A DNA stretch of 64,000 bases. It comes from an uncultured Actinomycetota bacterium (GTDB lineage: Bacteria; Actinomycetota; Actinomycetes; Mycobacteriales; Mycobacteriaceae). The position numbers and the translations under genes are program-made. The notes beneath the pieces are model-generated. The model was not told the DNA's origin. It saw nothing but the letters and a program-made list of their open reading frames with translations, and did not search any database. Position 1 is the first letter of the stretch. Every line of letters begins with the position of its first letter. The DNA lies in NCBI GenBank assembly GCA_963833915.1, contig CAWHZO010000003.1, forward strand, positions 43,592-107,591. Reading direction: 5' to 3'. Positions 28,023 to 37,259 of the stretch are shown here, piece after piece.

Positions 28023-28379
28023 CTAGCTGGCGGTGGCGGCGGCCGGTTTCGACGTCGTCGAGTCGGACTTCTTGGTCGAGTCGGACTTGTCGCCAGAGGA
28101 GCTCGACTTCTCCGACGAGCCGGACTTGTCCGCCGAACTCGACCCCTCGGTGCCCGACGACGAGCTCGTCGCTGCCGAGCCGTTGGTCGCGCTCTTCGCC
28201 GACTCGCGGCTGTCGGTGCGGTAGAAGCCGCTGCCCTTGAAAACCACCCCGACGGAGTTGAACAGTTTGCGCAGCCGTCCGGAGCACTGCTCGCAGGTGG
28301 TCAGGGAATCGTCAGTGAAGGCCTGGACCACATCGAAGCGGTTGTCGCACTCAGTGCACGCATAGCTGTACGTGGGCAC
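28023..28379 (-). CDS. ruc: FmdB-family zinc-ribbon protein with Ser-rich tail (Rv0991c/Ruc-like chaperone)
   Basis: VPTYSYACTEC...CEQCSG four-Cys ribbon followed by a Ser/Gly/Lys-rich disordered tail. GTG 28379 is preferred over ATG 28391. Confidence 0.8.
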   Translation of the reverse strand: MPTYSYACTECDNRFDVVQAFTDDSLTTCEQCSGRLRKLFNSVGVVFKGSGFYRTDSRESAKSATNGSAATSSSSGTEGSSSADKSGSSEKSSSSGDKSDSTKKSDSTTSKPAAATAS

Positions 28380-28405
28380 ACTAACCTCCATGATGGTCTA
28401 AACGC

Positions 28406-28432
28406 TTAGCACTCTACAGTCTCAAGTGCTAG
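28406..28432 (-). promoter_or_regulatory. CIRCE-like HrcA operator upstream of ruc
   Basis: ttagcactc-N9-aagtgctag versus consensus TTAGCACTC-N9-GAGTGCTAA. The left arm matches 9/9 and the right arm 7/9. It lies 27-53 nt upstream of the start. Confidence 0.65.
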
Positions 28433-28550
28433 AACGGCTATGTGGCGCGTGTCATTCCCGCCCGGCCCGGCCTTGGCCGGCCTAGGTTCTCATCTGGCGT
28501 GTCACATTCTCATGAGACGGCGGCGGCGTTGCCGGTAGGGGCGGGCTGAG

Positions 28551-28901
28551 TCAGCCCGCATACGCGATCGAGCGGACAGTGAAGAGTTCGCCGCTCAGTT
28601 CTGGGCAAGGGCTTTCCGAGTTTTGCCGGATGGTGAGTTCGCCCAGCCTGCAGCGTTCGTCGGCTGGGCTGATCTGAAGAAGCCCTGGCGTTACGTGGAT
28701 GGCTGGCGTGGCGATGAGCGGTCCAACCGGATGGTCGAGAGCGCGACCGAGCGCTTCGGCATTGATGCCCGGAAACTTCGGCGCTAGCGCCGAAAACAAC
28801 TCGTCTGAGTACCGATCGTTGTGAAACACCGCGATCGCACCGTCTATGAGCTCCTCGCTGCACGAGATCGCATTCCGCGGCCCCAGTTTGGTCGCGTGCA
28901 C
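28551..28901 (-). CDS. Hypothetical protein (116 aa)
   Basis: ORF only, with no recognisable motif. It lies downstream of the PPE gene in a stretch that looks lower in GC. Confidence 0.3.
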   Translation of the reverse strand: MHATKLGPRNAISCSEELIDGAIAVFHNDRYSDELFSALAPKFPGINAEALGRALDHPVGPLIATPAIHVTPGLLQISPADERCRLGELTIRQNSESPCPELSGELFTVRSIAYAG

Positions 28902-29013
28902 GGTGAGTCGAATTCAACCGACACAAGGCGCGATTTTCGGTAGTCGGTGGCCTGCTTGCGAGTTCCCGCGGTGGGAAATTTCTTCGAGGCGGCGGCGTGC
29001 GATACGCAGCGGT

Positions 29014-30324
29014 TCAACGGGCGAGGAGGCGTTCTTTCTCCTTGCTGAATTCCTCGTTAGTCAGGAGCCCGGAGTCGCGAAGGTCGCCGAGTTTGACTAA
29101 CGCTTGAGCGAACTCGTGGACATCGGCGGCCATTGCCGTCATGTGTCCGGTTGGCGAGGCGGGCGTCGTCGATAAAGGACCAGCGCAGGCAACGGACGCG
29201 ATGCGCTCCTGACGTCGTCCCGGAGTTGGAGTGCCGCTGATGGCACGGCTGGCCATGTTTGCCAGCGTCATCTCACTGAAGAGGCTTCCGGGGCTGGCTG
29301 CCATGACTTCTGGGGCGGCGCCCAGGCTGGTGGCTGGCAACGTCACCGCGGCGAGCCTGATCTCCGGGGCCGCTACAGCCCAGCCTGGCGGCACCGACAA
29401 CCCGCCGATCAATGGCGCCCGACCCAGACCCGCCGTCACCGAAGGGAGCTCCGCCGTCACCGGCCGCGTCAACTCGCTCTCGAGTTCAACGCCATCAGGC
29501 AAGCGAAAATTGTTGTCGCGCAACGTCCTCAAGATATTTAGTCCTACTTGTTGCGTCTCCTCATCCCGGAGTTCATCGTCGTCGAACGTTAAGTCGGTAA
29601 ATAAACCGACGGTGTTCAATGGTGTCAGCGCAGCCTGGGCCACACCCGGCAAGAACAGAATGATTCCCGCTAGGTCCGACAGCGTATCCAGCGCCGACGC
29701 AGACGTCGCGTTGGTCGCCGCCGTCGATGTGAGCCCCTGCAGTGCCGCGGAGGTCGCCTGGGACACCGCCGCCGGCGTGCTCGCCGCGGCCGATGAACCG
29801 GTGGTCGTCTGCGGTGCCGGAGTAAACGGAGTCAGTGTCGTCGCGGACGCCGACGCACCCGCGTAGCCGTACATCGCAGTGGCATCTTGTGCCCACATCT
29901 CGGCGTAGAGAGCCTCGGTGGAAGCGATCGCCGGACTGTTTTGCCCTAGCAAGTTGGTCGCCACCAGTGCTTGCAACAGCGCGCGGTTGGCCTCGATCAC
30001 CGGCGGGGGCACCGTCGCCGCGAACGTCACCTCATAGGCGGCCGCCGCCGATTTGGCTTGGATGGCCGTCTGTTCGGCCTGAGCGGCCGTGGATCGCATC
30101 CACGCCACGTAGGGTCCGGCTGCGGAGGTCATCGACGCTGCGGCGGCGCCAAGCCAGGGACCCGCGCTGAGCTCCGAGATCACCGAGCCGTATGAGGCTG
30201 CTGCCGATTGCAACTCGGTGGCAAGCTGGTCCCACGCCGCCGCGGCGGCCAGCATCGGCCCTGACCCGGGACCGTCATATATCCGCCCGGAGTTGACTTC
30301 CGGTGGCAAAATCGCGAAATCCAT
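29014..30324 (-). CDS. PPE family protein with SHOCT-like C-terminus
   Basis: N-terminus [16 protein letters not shown]...[12 protein letters not shown] (PPE domain), an Ala/Ser/Thr-rich centre, and C-terminus [28 protein letters not shown]. Confidence 0.9.
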   Translation of the reverse strand: MDFAILPPEVNSGRIYDGPGSGPMLAAAAAWDQLATELQSAAASYGSVISELSAGPWLGAAAASMTSAAGPYVAWMRSTAAQAEQTAIQAKSAAAAYEVTFAATVPPPVIEANRALLQALVATNLLGQNSPAIASTEALYAEMWAQDATAMYGYAGASASATTLTPFTPAPQTTTGSSAAASTPAAVSQATSAALQGLTSTAATNATSASALDTLSDLAGIILFLPGVAQAALTPLNTVGLFTDLTFDDDELRDEETQQVGLNILRTLRDNNFRLPDGVELESELTRPVTAELPSVTAGLGRAPLIGGLSVPPGWAVAAPEIRLAAVTLPATSLGAAPEVMAASPGSLFSEMTLANMASRAISGTPTPGRRQERIASVACAGPLSTTPASPTGHMTAMAADVHEFAQALVKLGDLRDSGLLTNEEFSKEKERLLAR

Positions 30325-30608
30325 TGCTGCACAACCTCCTAGCCAATCGGTGTCGTACTGGTAGCCCCGGTGAGCGGATACGGCCCCCGGACTGAGCCGA
30401 GGTTCCTTCGTTTACCCCTCGCGGCATATATGCAGCTTGCGCTCATAGGCGTCGATTGCGTCGACGAATTTTTAGATCTAGAACGCGAAGGCGATGTAAC
30501 GGAAACGCCGGCTAAGTGGCCGGTCAGGCCAACTTCGACTAGGCGTTTCGCGATGCCGCTTCATGGTTGCCGCCGAACCCGGCGTTCCGGTGTGCGTTCG
30601 TTCCCACG

Positions 30609-31217
30609 TCAGGTCGAGGTGAAGGGCTCAGCAGTGCCCAGCTCGACCAGACCGCGACCGGGGGTCAGGGCGTGCGTCATTGGCACGTCGTGCGCCTCGT
30701 GGGGCACCTCGTCGAGCAACTCCTCGTCACGTATCACCGCGATCAAGCGTGCGTGCGGATCCCGCAGCACCAGCGTGCGGTCGTAGAAACCGCGGCCGCG
30801 GCCCAGCCGCGCTCCCGTGCGGTCGACGGCCAGCGCCGGAACAAGCACGACGCTCGCCTCGGCCAGTGCCGCCGGCGGTAGCCACGGACCGGGCGGTTCG
30901 AGCAGGCCGAAGCGCGCGGCCACCAGATGTCCGGGCTGGTATTCACCCCATTGCAGCGCCACCGCGGAGTCCTCGGCGGTGGTGCGCGCGACCGGTAGCA
31001 GCACCCGGTCCGCTTGCCGCAGCAATGCATCCAGCATCTGGATGGATCCCGGTTCGGCGCCGACCGGCACGTAGGCGCACACAGTGCCGCCGCTGTTCAC
31101 CAGGGCGTTGACGTGGTCCGCCAACGACCGCGCCTCCGCCGCGTGGGTGTCGTCGGAAACCGAACGACGGGCTGCCAACAGCCGTTCTCGCAATGCGGCC
31201 TTGCCCGCAGTCGCCAC
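30609..31217 (-). CDS. 5-formyltetrahydrofolate cyclo-ligase (Rv0992c-like)
   Basis: 202 aa with motif LGRGRGFYDR. Divergent from galU, as in M. tuberculosis. Confidence 0.85.
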   Translation of the reverse strand: MATAGKAALRERLLAARRSVSDDTHAAEARSLADHVNALVNSGGTVCAYVPVGAEPGSIQMLDALLRQADRVLLPVARTTAEDSAVALQWGEYQPGHLVAARFGLLEPPGPWLPPAALAEASVVLVPALAVDRTGARLGRGRGFYDRTLVLRDPHARLIAVIRDEELLDEVPHEAHDVPMTHALTPGRGLVELGTAEPFTST

Positions 31218-31229
31218 AAGGTCAACGAT

Positions 31230-32150
31230 ATGGTTTCAACGATGTCAAGCTCACAGGTTTCGGTTCCGCGCACCGCGATAGTCCCCGCGGCCGGCTTGGG
31301 CACCCGTTTCCTCCCCGCGACCAAGACCGTGCCCAAGGAACTGTTACCTGTCGTCGACACGCCCGGTATCGAGTTGGTGGCGGCCGAGGCGGCCGCGGCC
31401 GGCGCCGAACGGCTGGTGATCATCACCTCCGAGGGCAAGGATGGCGTCGTCGCGCATTTCGTCGAAGACTTGGTGCTGGAAGGCACGCTGGAGGCGCGGG
31501 GCAAGAAGGCCATGCTGGCCAAGGTCCGTCGGGCGCCGGGGCTGATCAAAGTCGAGTCCGTCGTGCAGACCGAGCCGCTCGGCCTGGGACACGCGATCAG
31601 CTGCGTGGAGCCGGTGCTGTGGGCTGACGAAGACGCCGTCGCGGTCCTTCTTCCCGACGACTTGGTGCTGCCGAGCGGCGTGCTGGAGATTATGTCGAAG
31701 GTGCGCGCCGAGTACGGCGGCACGGTGTTGTGCGCCATCGAGGTTTCGCCCGAGGAGATAAGCGCCTACGGGGTTTTCGACGTCGAGCCGGAGCCTGGAG
31801 CCGACAAGGACGTCCTCAAAGTGAACGCCATGGTGGAGAAGCCGAAGCCGGACGACGCGCCGTCGTTGTATGCGGCGGCCGGCCGTTACGTCCTCGACCG
31901 CGCCATCTTCGACGCGTTGCGACGTATCGAACGCGGCGTTGGCGGCGAAATGCAGCTCACCGATGCGATCGCCTTGCTGATCAAAGAAGGGCACCCGGTG
32001 CACGTCGTCGTTCACCGCGGCTCCCGACACGACTTGGGAAATCCCGGCGGCTACCTCAAGGCTGCGGTTGACTTTGCCTTGGACCGTGACGACTACGGGC
32101 CAGACTTACGGCGATGGCTGGTGACTCGATTGGGTCTGGCCGAAGACTAG
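31230..32150 (+). CDS. galU: UTP-glucose-1-phosphate uridylyltransferase
   Basis: VPAAGLGTRFLPATKTVPKELLPVVD. ATG 31230 gives 306 aa (ATG 31242 is an alternative). The long 5' part of ORF 31014..32150 overlaps the divergent gene and is rejected. Confidence 0.9.
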   Translation: MVSTMSSSQVSVPRTAIVPAAGLGTRFLPATKTVPKELLPVVDTPGIELVAAEAAAAGAERLVIITSEGKDGVVAHFVEDLVLEGTLEARGKKAMLAKVRRAPGLIKVESVVQTEPLGLGHAISCVEPVLWADEDAVAVLLPDDLVLPSGVLEIMSKVRAEYGGTVLCAIEVSPEEISAYGVFDVEPEPGADKDVLKVNAMVEKPKPDDAPSLYAAAGRYVLDRAIFDALRRIERGVGGEMQLTDAIALLIKEGHPVHVVVHRGSRHDLGNPGGYLKAAVDFALDRDDYGPDLRRWLVTRLGLAED

Positions 32151-32223
32151 CGCTCGGTCGTCACATTTCGGCCTGGGGAGCTCCGATCCGGGCTGATACG
32201 GGTTGACGGCAGAAAGGCGCGCT

Positions 32224-33543
32224 GTGCGTTCGGTGGAAGAGCAACAAGCGCGGGTATCGGCCGCCGCGGTGGCGCCGAGGCCGGTGCGGGTCGCCATCGC
32301 CGAGGCGCAAGGGCTGTTGTGCGCCGAAGAAGTCGTGACCGAGCGCCCGCTGCCCGGTTTCGACCAGGCCGCGATCGACGGCTACGCAGTTCGCAGCGTC
32401 GACGTGCTCGGTGTCGGGGAGTCCGATGCGTCCGGCGATCACGCCGACGACGACCCGCGGGCGCTGAACGCGGTCCCGGGCGATGCGGAGGAATCGTCAC
32501 CGGCTGGCGGCGGACTGACTCTCCCGGTGATGGGCAGCGTCCAAGCCGGCGCGCGGACACCCAGCAGGCTGCAGCCGGGGCAGGCCGTGCGAGTGCAAAC
32601 CGGTGCGCCACTGCCGACTTTGGCCGACGCGGTGTTGCCGTTGCGCTGGACCGACGGCGGGCAGTCCAGGGTGCGGGTGTTGCGTGGCGTGCGATCGGGT
32701 GCCTACGTGCGACGCACCGGTGATGACGTGCAGCCCGGTGATGTCGCCGTGCGCGCCGGGACGATCATCGGCGCCGCACAGGTCGGGCTGCTGGCCGCGG
32801 TGGGCCGCGAGCGGGTGCTGGTACATCCGCGTCCGCGGGTGTCGGTGCTGGCGGTGGGTGGCGAGCTGGTCGATATCTCGCGCACTCCCGGCAACGGACA
32901 GGTGTACGACGTCAACTCCTACGCTTTGGCGGCCGCCGCCCGGGATGCGGGCGCCGAGGTGAATCGGGTCGGCATTGTCAGCAGCGACGCAGGAGAGCTC
33001 GGCGAGGCCGTCGAGGGGCAGGTCAACCGCGCCGAGATCGTGGTGGTCGCCGGCGCGGTCGGCGGCGCAGCGGCCGAGGCCGTGCGCTCGGTGCTCGGTC
33101 AGCTCGGCGAAATGGAAGTCACCCGGGTCGCGATGCATCCCGGGTCCGTCCAGGGCTTCGGGCAGTTGGGCCGCGACGGTGTGCCGACATTTCTGTTGCC
33201 GGCGAACCCGGTCAGCGCACTGGTGGTCTTCGAGGTCATGGTCCGACCACTGATTCGGTTGTCGCTGGGAAAGCGGCAGCCGATGCGCCGGATTGTGCAG
33301 GCTCGCACGCTGTCACCAATCACCTCGGTGCCCGGCCGTAAAGGCTTTCTGCGTGGACAACTGATGCGCGATCAGGACACCGGCGAATACCTGGTACAGG
33401 CGTTGGGCGGCGCACCGGGCGCCTCGTCGCATTTGCTGGCGACGTTAGCTGAGGCAAACTGTCTGGTCGTCATTCCCCGTGAGGCAGAGCAGATCCGCAC
33501 CGGCGAGGTCGTCGACGTCGCGTTTCTGGCTCAGCGTGGCTGA
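32224..33543 (+). CDS. moeA: Molybdopterin molybdotransferase MoeA
   Basis: MoeA N, MoCF_biosynth and C-terminal domains. GTG 32224 (VRSVEEQQARV) is preferred; ATG 32203 is possible. Confidence 0.85.
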   Translation: MRSVEEQQARVSAAAVAPRPVRVAIAEAQGLLCAEEVVTERPLPGFDQAAIDGYAVRSVDVLGVGESDASGDHADDDPRALNAVPGDAEESSPAGGGLTLPVMGSVQAGARTPSRLQPGQAVRVQTGAPLPTLADAVLPLRWTDGGQSRVRVLRGVRSGAYVRRTGDDVQPGDVAVRAGTIIGAAQVGLLAAVGRERVLVHPRPRVSVLAVGGELVDISRTPGNGQVYDVNSYALAAAARDAGAEVNRVGIVSSDAGELGEAVEGQVNRAEIVVVAGAVGGAAAEAVRSVLGQLGEMEVTRVAMHPGSVQGFGQLGRDGVPTFLLPANPVSALVVFEVMVRPLIRLSLGKRQPMRRIVQARTLSPITSVPGRKGFLRGQLMRDQDTGEYLVQALGGAPGASSHLLATLAEANCLVVIPREAEQIRTGEVVDVAFLAQRG

Positions 33544-33564
33544 GCGACACGGTGGCTTTGGCTC

Positions 33565-34218
33565 GTGAACTTGTGGCGCTCCAGCTCCCAGCATCCCGGC
33601 TGGCCGGTCGCGGTGGGACCGCTGCGGGTAGCCGCCGGCGTGATCCGGTTGCGCCCGGTCCGCCTGCGCGACGCCGCGCAGTGGAGCCGCAGCCGGCTGG
33701 CCGACCGGGCGCATCTGGAGCCGTGGGAGCCGAGCACCGAGGCTGATTGGACTGCGCGACATTCGATTTCGGCGTGGCCAGTGGTGTGTTCGAGCCTGCG
33801 ATCGGAAGCTCGCAAAGGCCGCATGCTGCCGTATGTGATCGAGCTGGACGGTGAGTACTGCGGGCAGCTGACCATCGGGAACGTCACTCACGGGGCATTG
33901 CGGTCGGCCTGGATCGGCTACTGGGTGTCCAGCTCGGCGACGGGTCGCGGCGTCGCCACCGGAGCGTTGGCGCTGGGTCTTGATCACTGCTTCGGCCCGG
34001 TCATGTTGCATCGTGTGGAAGCCACTGTGCGGCCGGAAAATGCGGCGAGCCGGGCTGTGCTGGCCAAGGTCGGTTTTCGCGAAGAGGGGTTGCTGCGCCG
34101 CTATCTCCAAGTTGACGGGGGCTGGCGGGACCACCTGCTGGTGGGTCTGACGGGCGAGGAGGTGTACGGGTCGGTGACGTCGGCTCTGGTGCGCGACGGA
34201 CACGCCGGCTGGGTTTAG
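33565..34218 (+). CDS. rimJ: GNAT ribosomal-protein-alanine N-acetyltransferase (Rv0995-like)
   Basis: 217 aa GNAT fold (IGYWVSSSATGRGVATGAL, RVEATVRPEN.AS). Confidence 0.8.
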   Translation: MNLWRSSSQHPGWPVAVGPLRVAAGVIRLRPVRLRDAAQWSRSRLADRAHLEPWEPSTEADWTARHSISAWPVVCSSLRSEARKGRMLPYVIELDGEYCGQLTIGNVTHGALRSAWIGYWVSSSATGRGVATGALALGLDHCFGPVMLHRVEATVRPENAASRAVLAKVGFREEGLLRRYLQVDGGWRDHLLVGLTGEEVYGSVTSALVRDGHAGWV

Positions 34219-34375
34219 TCCAGCGAACACGCGCGGCGTGTCGTGTTACCAACGTGACTTTTGTGACTAATGATGCTTGTCAGAGGTAAATTACAGGCGT
34301 GTCATTGTCCTGAGTGTGCCTCGACCGGATGCGCCTAGTACCGGTCTCGCCTGGCGGGGAAAGGAGCGGGTCACC

Positions 34376-35401
34376 ATGCCAAGCATCCCGCAATCATTGC
34401 TATGGATATCGCTCGTGGTCCTCTGGCTGTTCGTGCTGGTTCCGATGTTGGTTAGCAAGCGCGACGCGGTGCGGCGTACCAGCGATGTGGCATTGGCGAC
34501 CCGTGTGCTCAACAGCGACGCGTCCGCTCGGCTGATCAAGCGCGGCGGGCCGGCGGCAGGACATCGCAGTGACCCCGACTGGCGGCCCGCGGAAGACGAA
34601 TACGACGACCTGGACGACCCTGACTCGGACGACGCCGAGGATGCCCCGACATCGCGCGTCGTCGTCACGGTCGCGGCCGCGGTGTCAGTTGAGGAGACCG
34701 GCCCCGAGCATCTGGACGCCGAGGTGATCGACCCCCACTCCGGGGCGTTGCCGGCCGGCGACACCGCGGCGGTGGCGGAGACGCCTGCGGCGGATGACGG
34801 GACCGCGGTTGAGGAGGACACCGAGGTAACTCTTGGCGTCGAGGACGACGACGATGGCGACGCCGTCGAAGACGACGACGCTGATCAATACGAGTACGTC
34901 GACGACACTTCGGGGATACCGGTTGCCGAGGAACCGCCGACGACCGCCACGCCGGCGTTCGCGCGGCGGCATCGTTATGACTCGGATACCGCCGCCGCGG
35001 TCACTGCCCGCAAATACGCCTTCCGCAAGCAGGTGCTGATGATCATGGCGCTGACGTTGGTCGGATCGGCGGCCACGGCGTTCCTGCTGACCTCATCGGC
35101 ATGGTGGTTCTGCGGCACCACCTCCGTCGTGACCGTGTTCTACCTGGGGTATCTGCGCCGGCAGACCCGGATCGAGGAGCGAGTACGGCGCCGCCGGATG
35201 CACCGGATGGCGCGGTCGCAACTGGGCGTGGAGAACGCTTACGACCACGAGTACGACGTGGTCCCGTCGCGATTGCGGCGCCCGGGGGCCGTGGTCCTGG
35301 AGATCGACGACGAGGATCCGGTCTTCGAGCATCTCGACTACGCGCCGGACGCGCGCGATTACGGCTGGCACGGGGACCTGGCTCGGGCCGCAGGGCAGTA
35401 A
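34376..35401 (+). CDS. Membrane protein with acidic central region (Rv0996-like)
   Basis: ATG 34376 after aaaggagcggg. It has an N-terminal TM segment (LLWISLVVLWLFVLVPML), an Asp/Glu-rich middle and two C-terminal TM segments. Confidence 0.75.
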   Translation: MPSIPQSLLWISLVVLWLFVLVPMLVSKRDAVRRTSDVALATRVLNSDASARLIKRGGPAAGHRSDPDWRPAEDEYDDLDDPDSDDAEDAPTSRVVVTVAAAVSVEETGPEHLDAEVIDPHSGALPAGDTAAVAETPAADDGTAVEEDTEVTLGVEDDDDGDAVEDDDADQYEYVDDTSGIPVAEEPPTTATPAFARRHRYDSDTAAAVTARKYAFRKQVLMIMALTLVGSAATAFLLTSSAWWFCGTTSVVTVFYLGYLRRQTRIEERVRRRRMHRMARSQLGVENAYDHEYDVVPSRLRRPGAVVLEIDDEDPVFEHLDYAPDARDYGWHGDLARAAGQ

Positions 35402-35445
35402 CGGTTCGGCGGCGTCGACCACGACTGGTAGCCTGCAAGCGTTCA

Positions 35446-35521
35446 GGGGCTATGGCGCAGTTGGTAGCGCGACTCGTTCGCATCGAGTAGGTCTGGGGTT
35501 CGATTCCCCATAGCTCCACCA
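35446..35521 (+). tRNA. tRNA-Ala (anticodon CGC)
   Basis: The cloverleaf was read by hand. Acceptor GGGGCTA/TAGCTCC with G3:U70, D-arm GCGC/GCGC, anticodon loop TTCGCAT, T-arm TGGGG-TTCGATT-CCCCA, encoded CCA. Confidence 0.9.
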
Positions 35522-35572
35522 GTATTGGACCAGCTAGAGGCAACAGTACCTGTTAGCTGCCTGAATCTTCTC

Positions 35573-35740
35573 CTAGGTGCCAGTCCGCAGCTGGTCCGCA
35601 GTGATCCGGACTGCGGTGTCCAACCGGTCAGCGACACCGTCCAAATCCTCATCGAAGAGGTCCGCGTAGACATCCAACGTCATCGAGGCTTTGGCGTGTC
35701 CAAGCATCCGCTGAACCGCCTTCACGTTGGCACCCGGGCT
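35573..35740 (-). pseudogene. Tyrosine recombinase (phage-type integrase) C-terminal fragment
   Basis: ...GANVKAVQRMLGHAKASMTLDVYADLFDEDL... retains only box II with the catalytic Tyr. It starts 52 nt from the tRNA-Ala 3' end and its upstream part is replaced by the IS3 remnant. Confidence 0.7.
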
Positions 35741-35954
35741 GTTCAAGACCGAAGCCATCGGTCGTGGCGGCCCGTTCCTGTCGGGCCCGCTGCGCATCAT
35801 CGACGACGTCGAGTACGCCACGGTGGAATGGGTCGACTGGTACAACGGCCGCCGACTGCATAGTCGTCTCGACTATGTCTCACCCGACGAGCACGAGTCC
35901 GCCTACTACGCCATCCAAGCGTCACAGCAGTTCGGGTCCCAATCATCTGGCTGA
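35733..35954 (+). mobile_element. IS3-family transposase (rve) C-terminal remnant
   Basis: LFKTEAI...VEYATVEWVDWYNGRRLHSRLDYVSPDEHESAYY is the typical end of IS3 OrfB. There is no N-terminal part and no clear inverted repeats. Confidence 0.7.
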
Positions 35955-36031
35955 GATCAACCCGGAATGGTTAAGTTGTGGCCAAAGGATTTCTGCTGCA
36001 CGCGTTATTGCGGTAACCGGCACGGTCGTCG

Positions 36032-36724
36032 CTAGAGAAGCGCGACCATCGCCTCTACCTGCTTGCGGTCGAGCACTACCGTTGACCCGTCGGGTAGACC
36101 GAGGATGCGGTCCGTCGCGACGCCGTACAGCTTGAGGCGCTTCACCGAAGCATCGATGGCTTTACGTCGCGATTTCGCGTCGGGCGCATTGAGCACGTCG
36201 ACGAGGTTCGTCTGCATGCTGGCCGCGAATCCCTGAATCATGTCACCGACACCCTCGGGATCGAACGTGTCGAACACACCCTCGTGCACCCCCTGGGTGA
36301 TCACTTCGGTGAGGACCGGCCGAAACAGATCTTCCCAGATGGTGACGATCCTCCGGAACAGGGCCTGGTTCTGCGGCTTCAGCAGTGATGTCATCGCAGC
36401 GATCTGTTCGGGAGCCCCCATCGCCACCTTGACGTGGTAACTCGCCCGAAGTCCGGCATTAAGGCGATCCAGTGCGTTCTTGCCGGGTTGAGCGAAGACC
36501 GGGCGCAGCGCCTCGAATGCTTCAGCGGCGCTGCGTTGAGCAAGCGCGGCGACCAGTGCCTCTTTGGACGCGAAATAGTGGTAGAAAGCGCCCTTCGAAG
36601 TGCCTGCCGTGGCAAGCAGGTCATTGAGACTGACGTTCTCGTAACCCCGTTCAAGGAAGAGCGCGAGTGCCTGATCGAGCACTTCGGCCCGGCGGACATC
36701 CTTGCGTTTCACGACACGTGGCAT
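36032..36724 (-). CDS. TetR family transcriptional regulator
   Basis: 230 aa with an N-terminal HTH (GYENVSLNDLLATAGTSKGAFYHYFASKEAL). Confidence 0.85.
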   Translation of the reverse strand: MPRVVKRKDVRRAEVLDQALALFLERGYENVSLNDLLATAGTSKGAFYHYFASKEALVAALAQRSAAEAFEALRPVFAQPGKNALDRLNAGLRASYHVKVAMGAPEQIAAMTSLLKPQNQALFRRIVTIWEDLFRPVLTEVITQGVHEGVFDTFDPEGVGDMIQGFAASMQTNLVDVLNAPDAKSRRKAIDASVKRLKLYGVATDRILGLPDGSTVVLDRKQVEAMVALL

Positions 36725-36736
36725 AGCGGTATTGAA

Positions 36737-37174
36737 TCAATCGGCCTTCTTCACCCACCCCACATATGCCAGGTACAGCCCGCACAGTGCGAGCAGCCCG
36801 AAACCGATCCGCACGACGCCGACAGCAGGACTCGACGTTTGGGTGGCGGATGTGGCCGCGCTGACGATCAGCTGCGGCGTGGCGAGCAACGCGAAACCCC
36901 GGAGGAGTAAGAACCAGCCGAACAGCGAGATGATCACGGCGGCGACGCTGCGCCAATACTGGTGGAACGCAACGACGAACAGGCCACAGAAGAAGATCAG
37001 CGCGCCCAGCACCCACGGCCACATCGGGTCTGTCGAGAAGCTGGACAACAGCTTCCCAATGCTTCCGACCCTGATCGCAACGATCGCGGGGACCACGGCA
37101 ATAAACGGCCCGAGCACGCGCGCGAATAAGCGGGTGCGCTGCGAGGGATCGGTCGTGGTGACGGTTGTGCTCAT
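36737..37174 (-). CDS. Small four-helix membrane protein
   Basis: 145 aa with four hydrophobic segments. It lies 12 nt upstream of the TetR gene on the same strand and downstream of the double operator. Confidence 0.6.
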   Translation of the reverse strand: MSTTVTTTDPSQRTRLFARVLGPFIAVVPAIVAIRVGSIGKLLSSFSTDPMWPWVLGALIFFCGLFVVAFHQYWRSVAAVIISLFGWFLLLRGFALLATPQLIVSAATSATQTSSPAVGVVRIGFGLLALCGLYLAYVGWVKKAD

Positions 37175-37224
37175 GGGTACGACTCCTTGTCGACGTGGCG
37201 ACGGAGGGTCATCCGTCCACCTTC

Positions 37225-37259
37225 TAGACCACCGGTCTATAGATTAGACCACCGGTCTA
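37225..37259. promoter_or_regulatory. Two copies of a 15-bp palindrome (putative TetR operator)
   Basis: tagaccaccggtcta at 37225-37239 and again at 37245-37259 (20-bp register), 51-85 nt upstream of the membrane-protein start. Confidence 0.6.
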
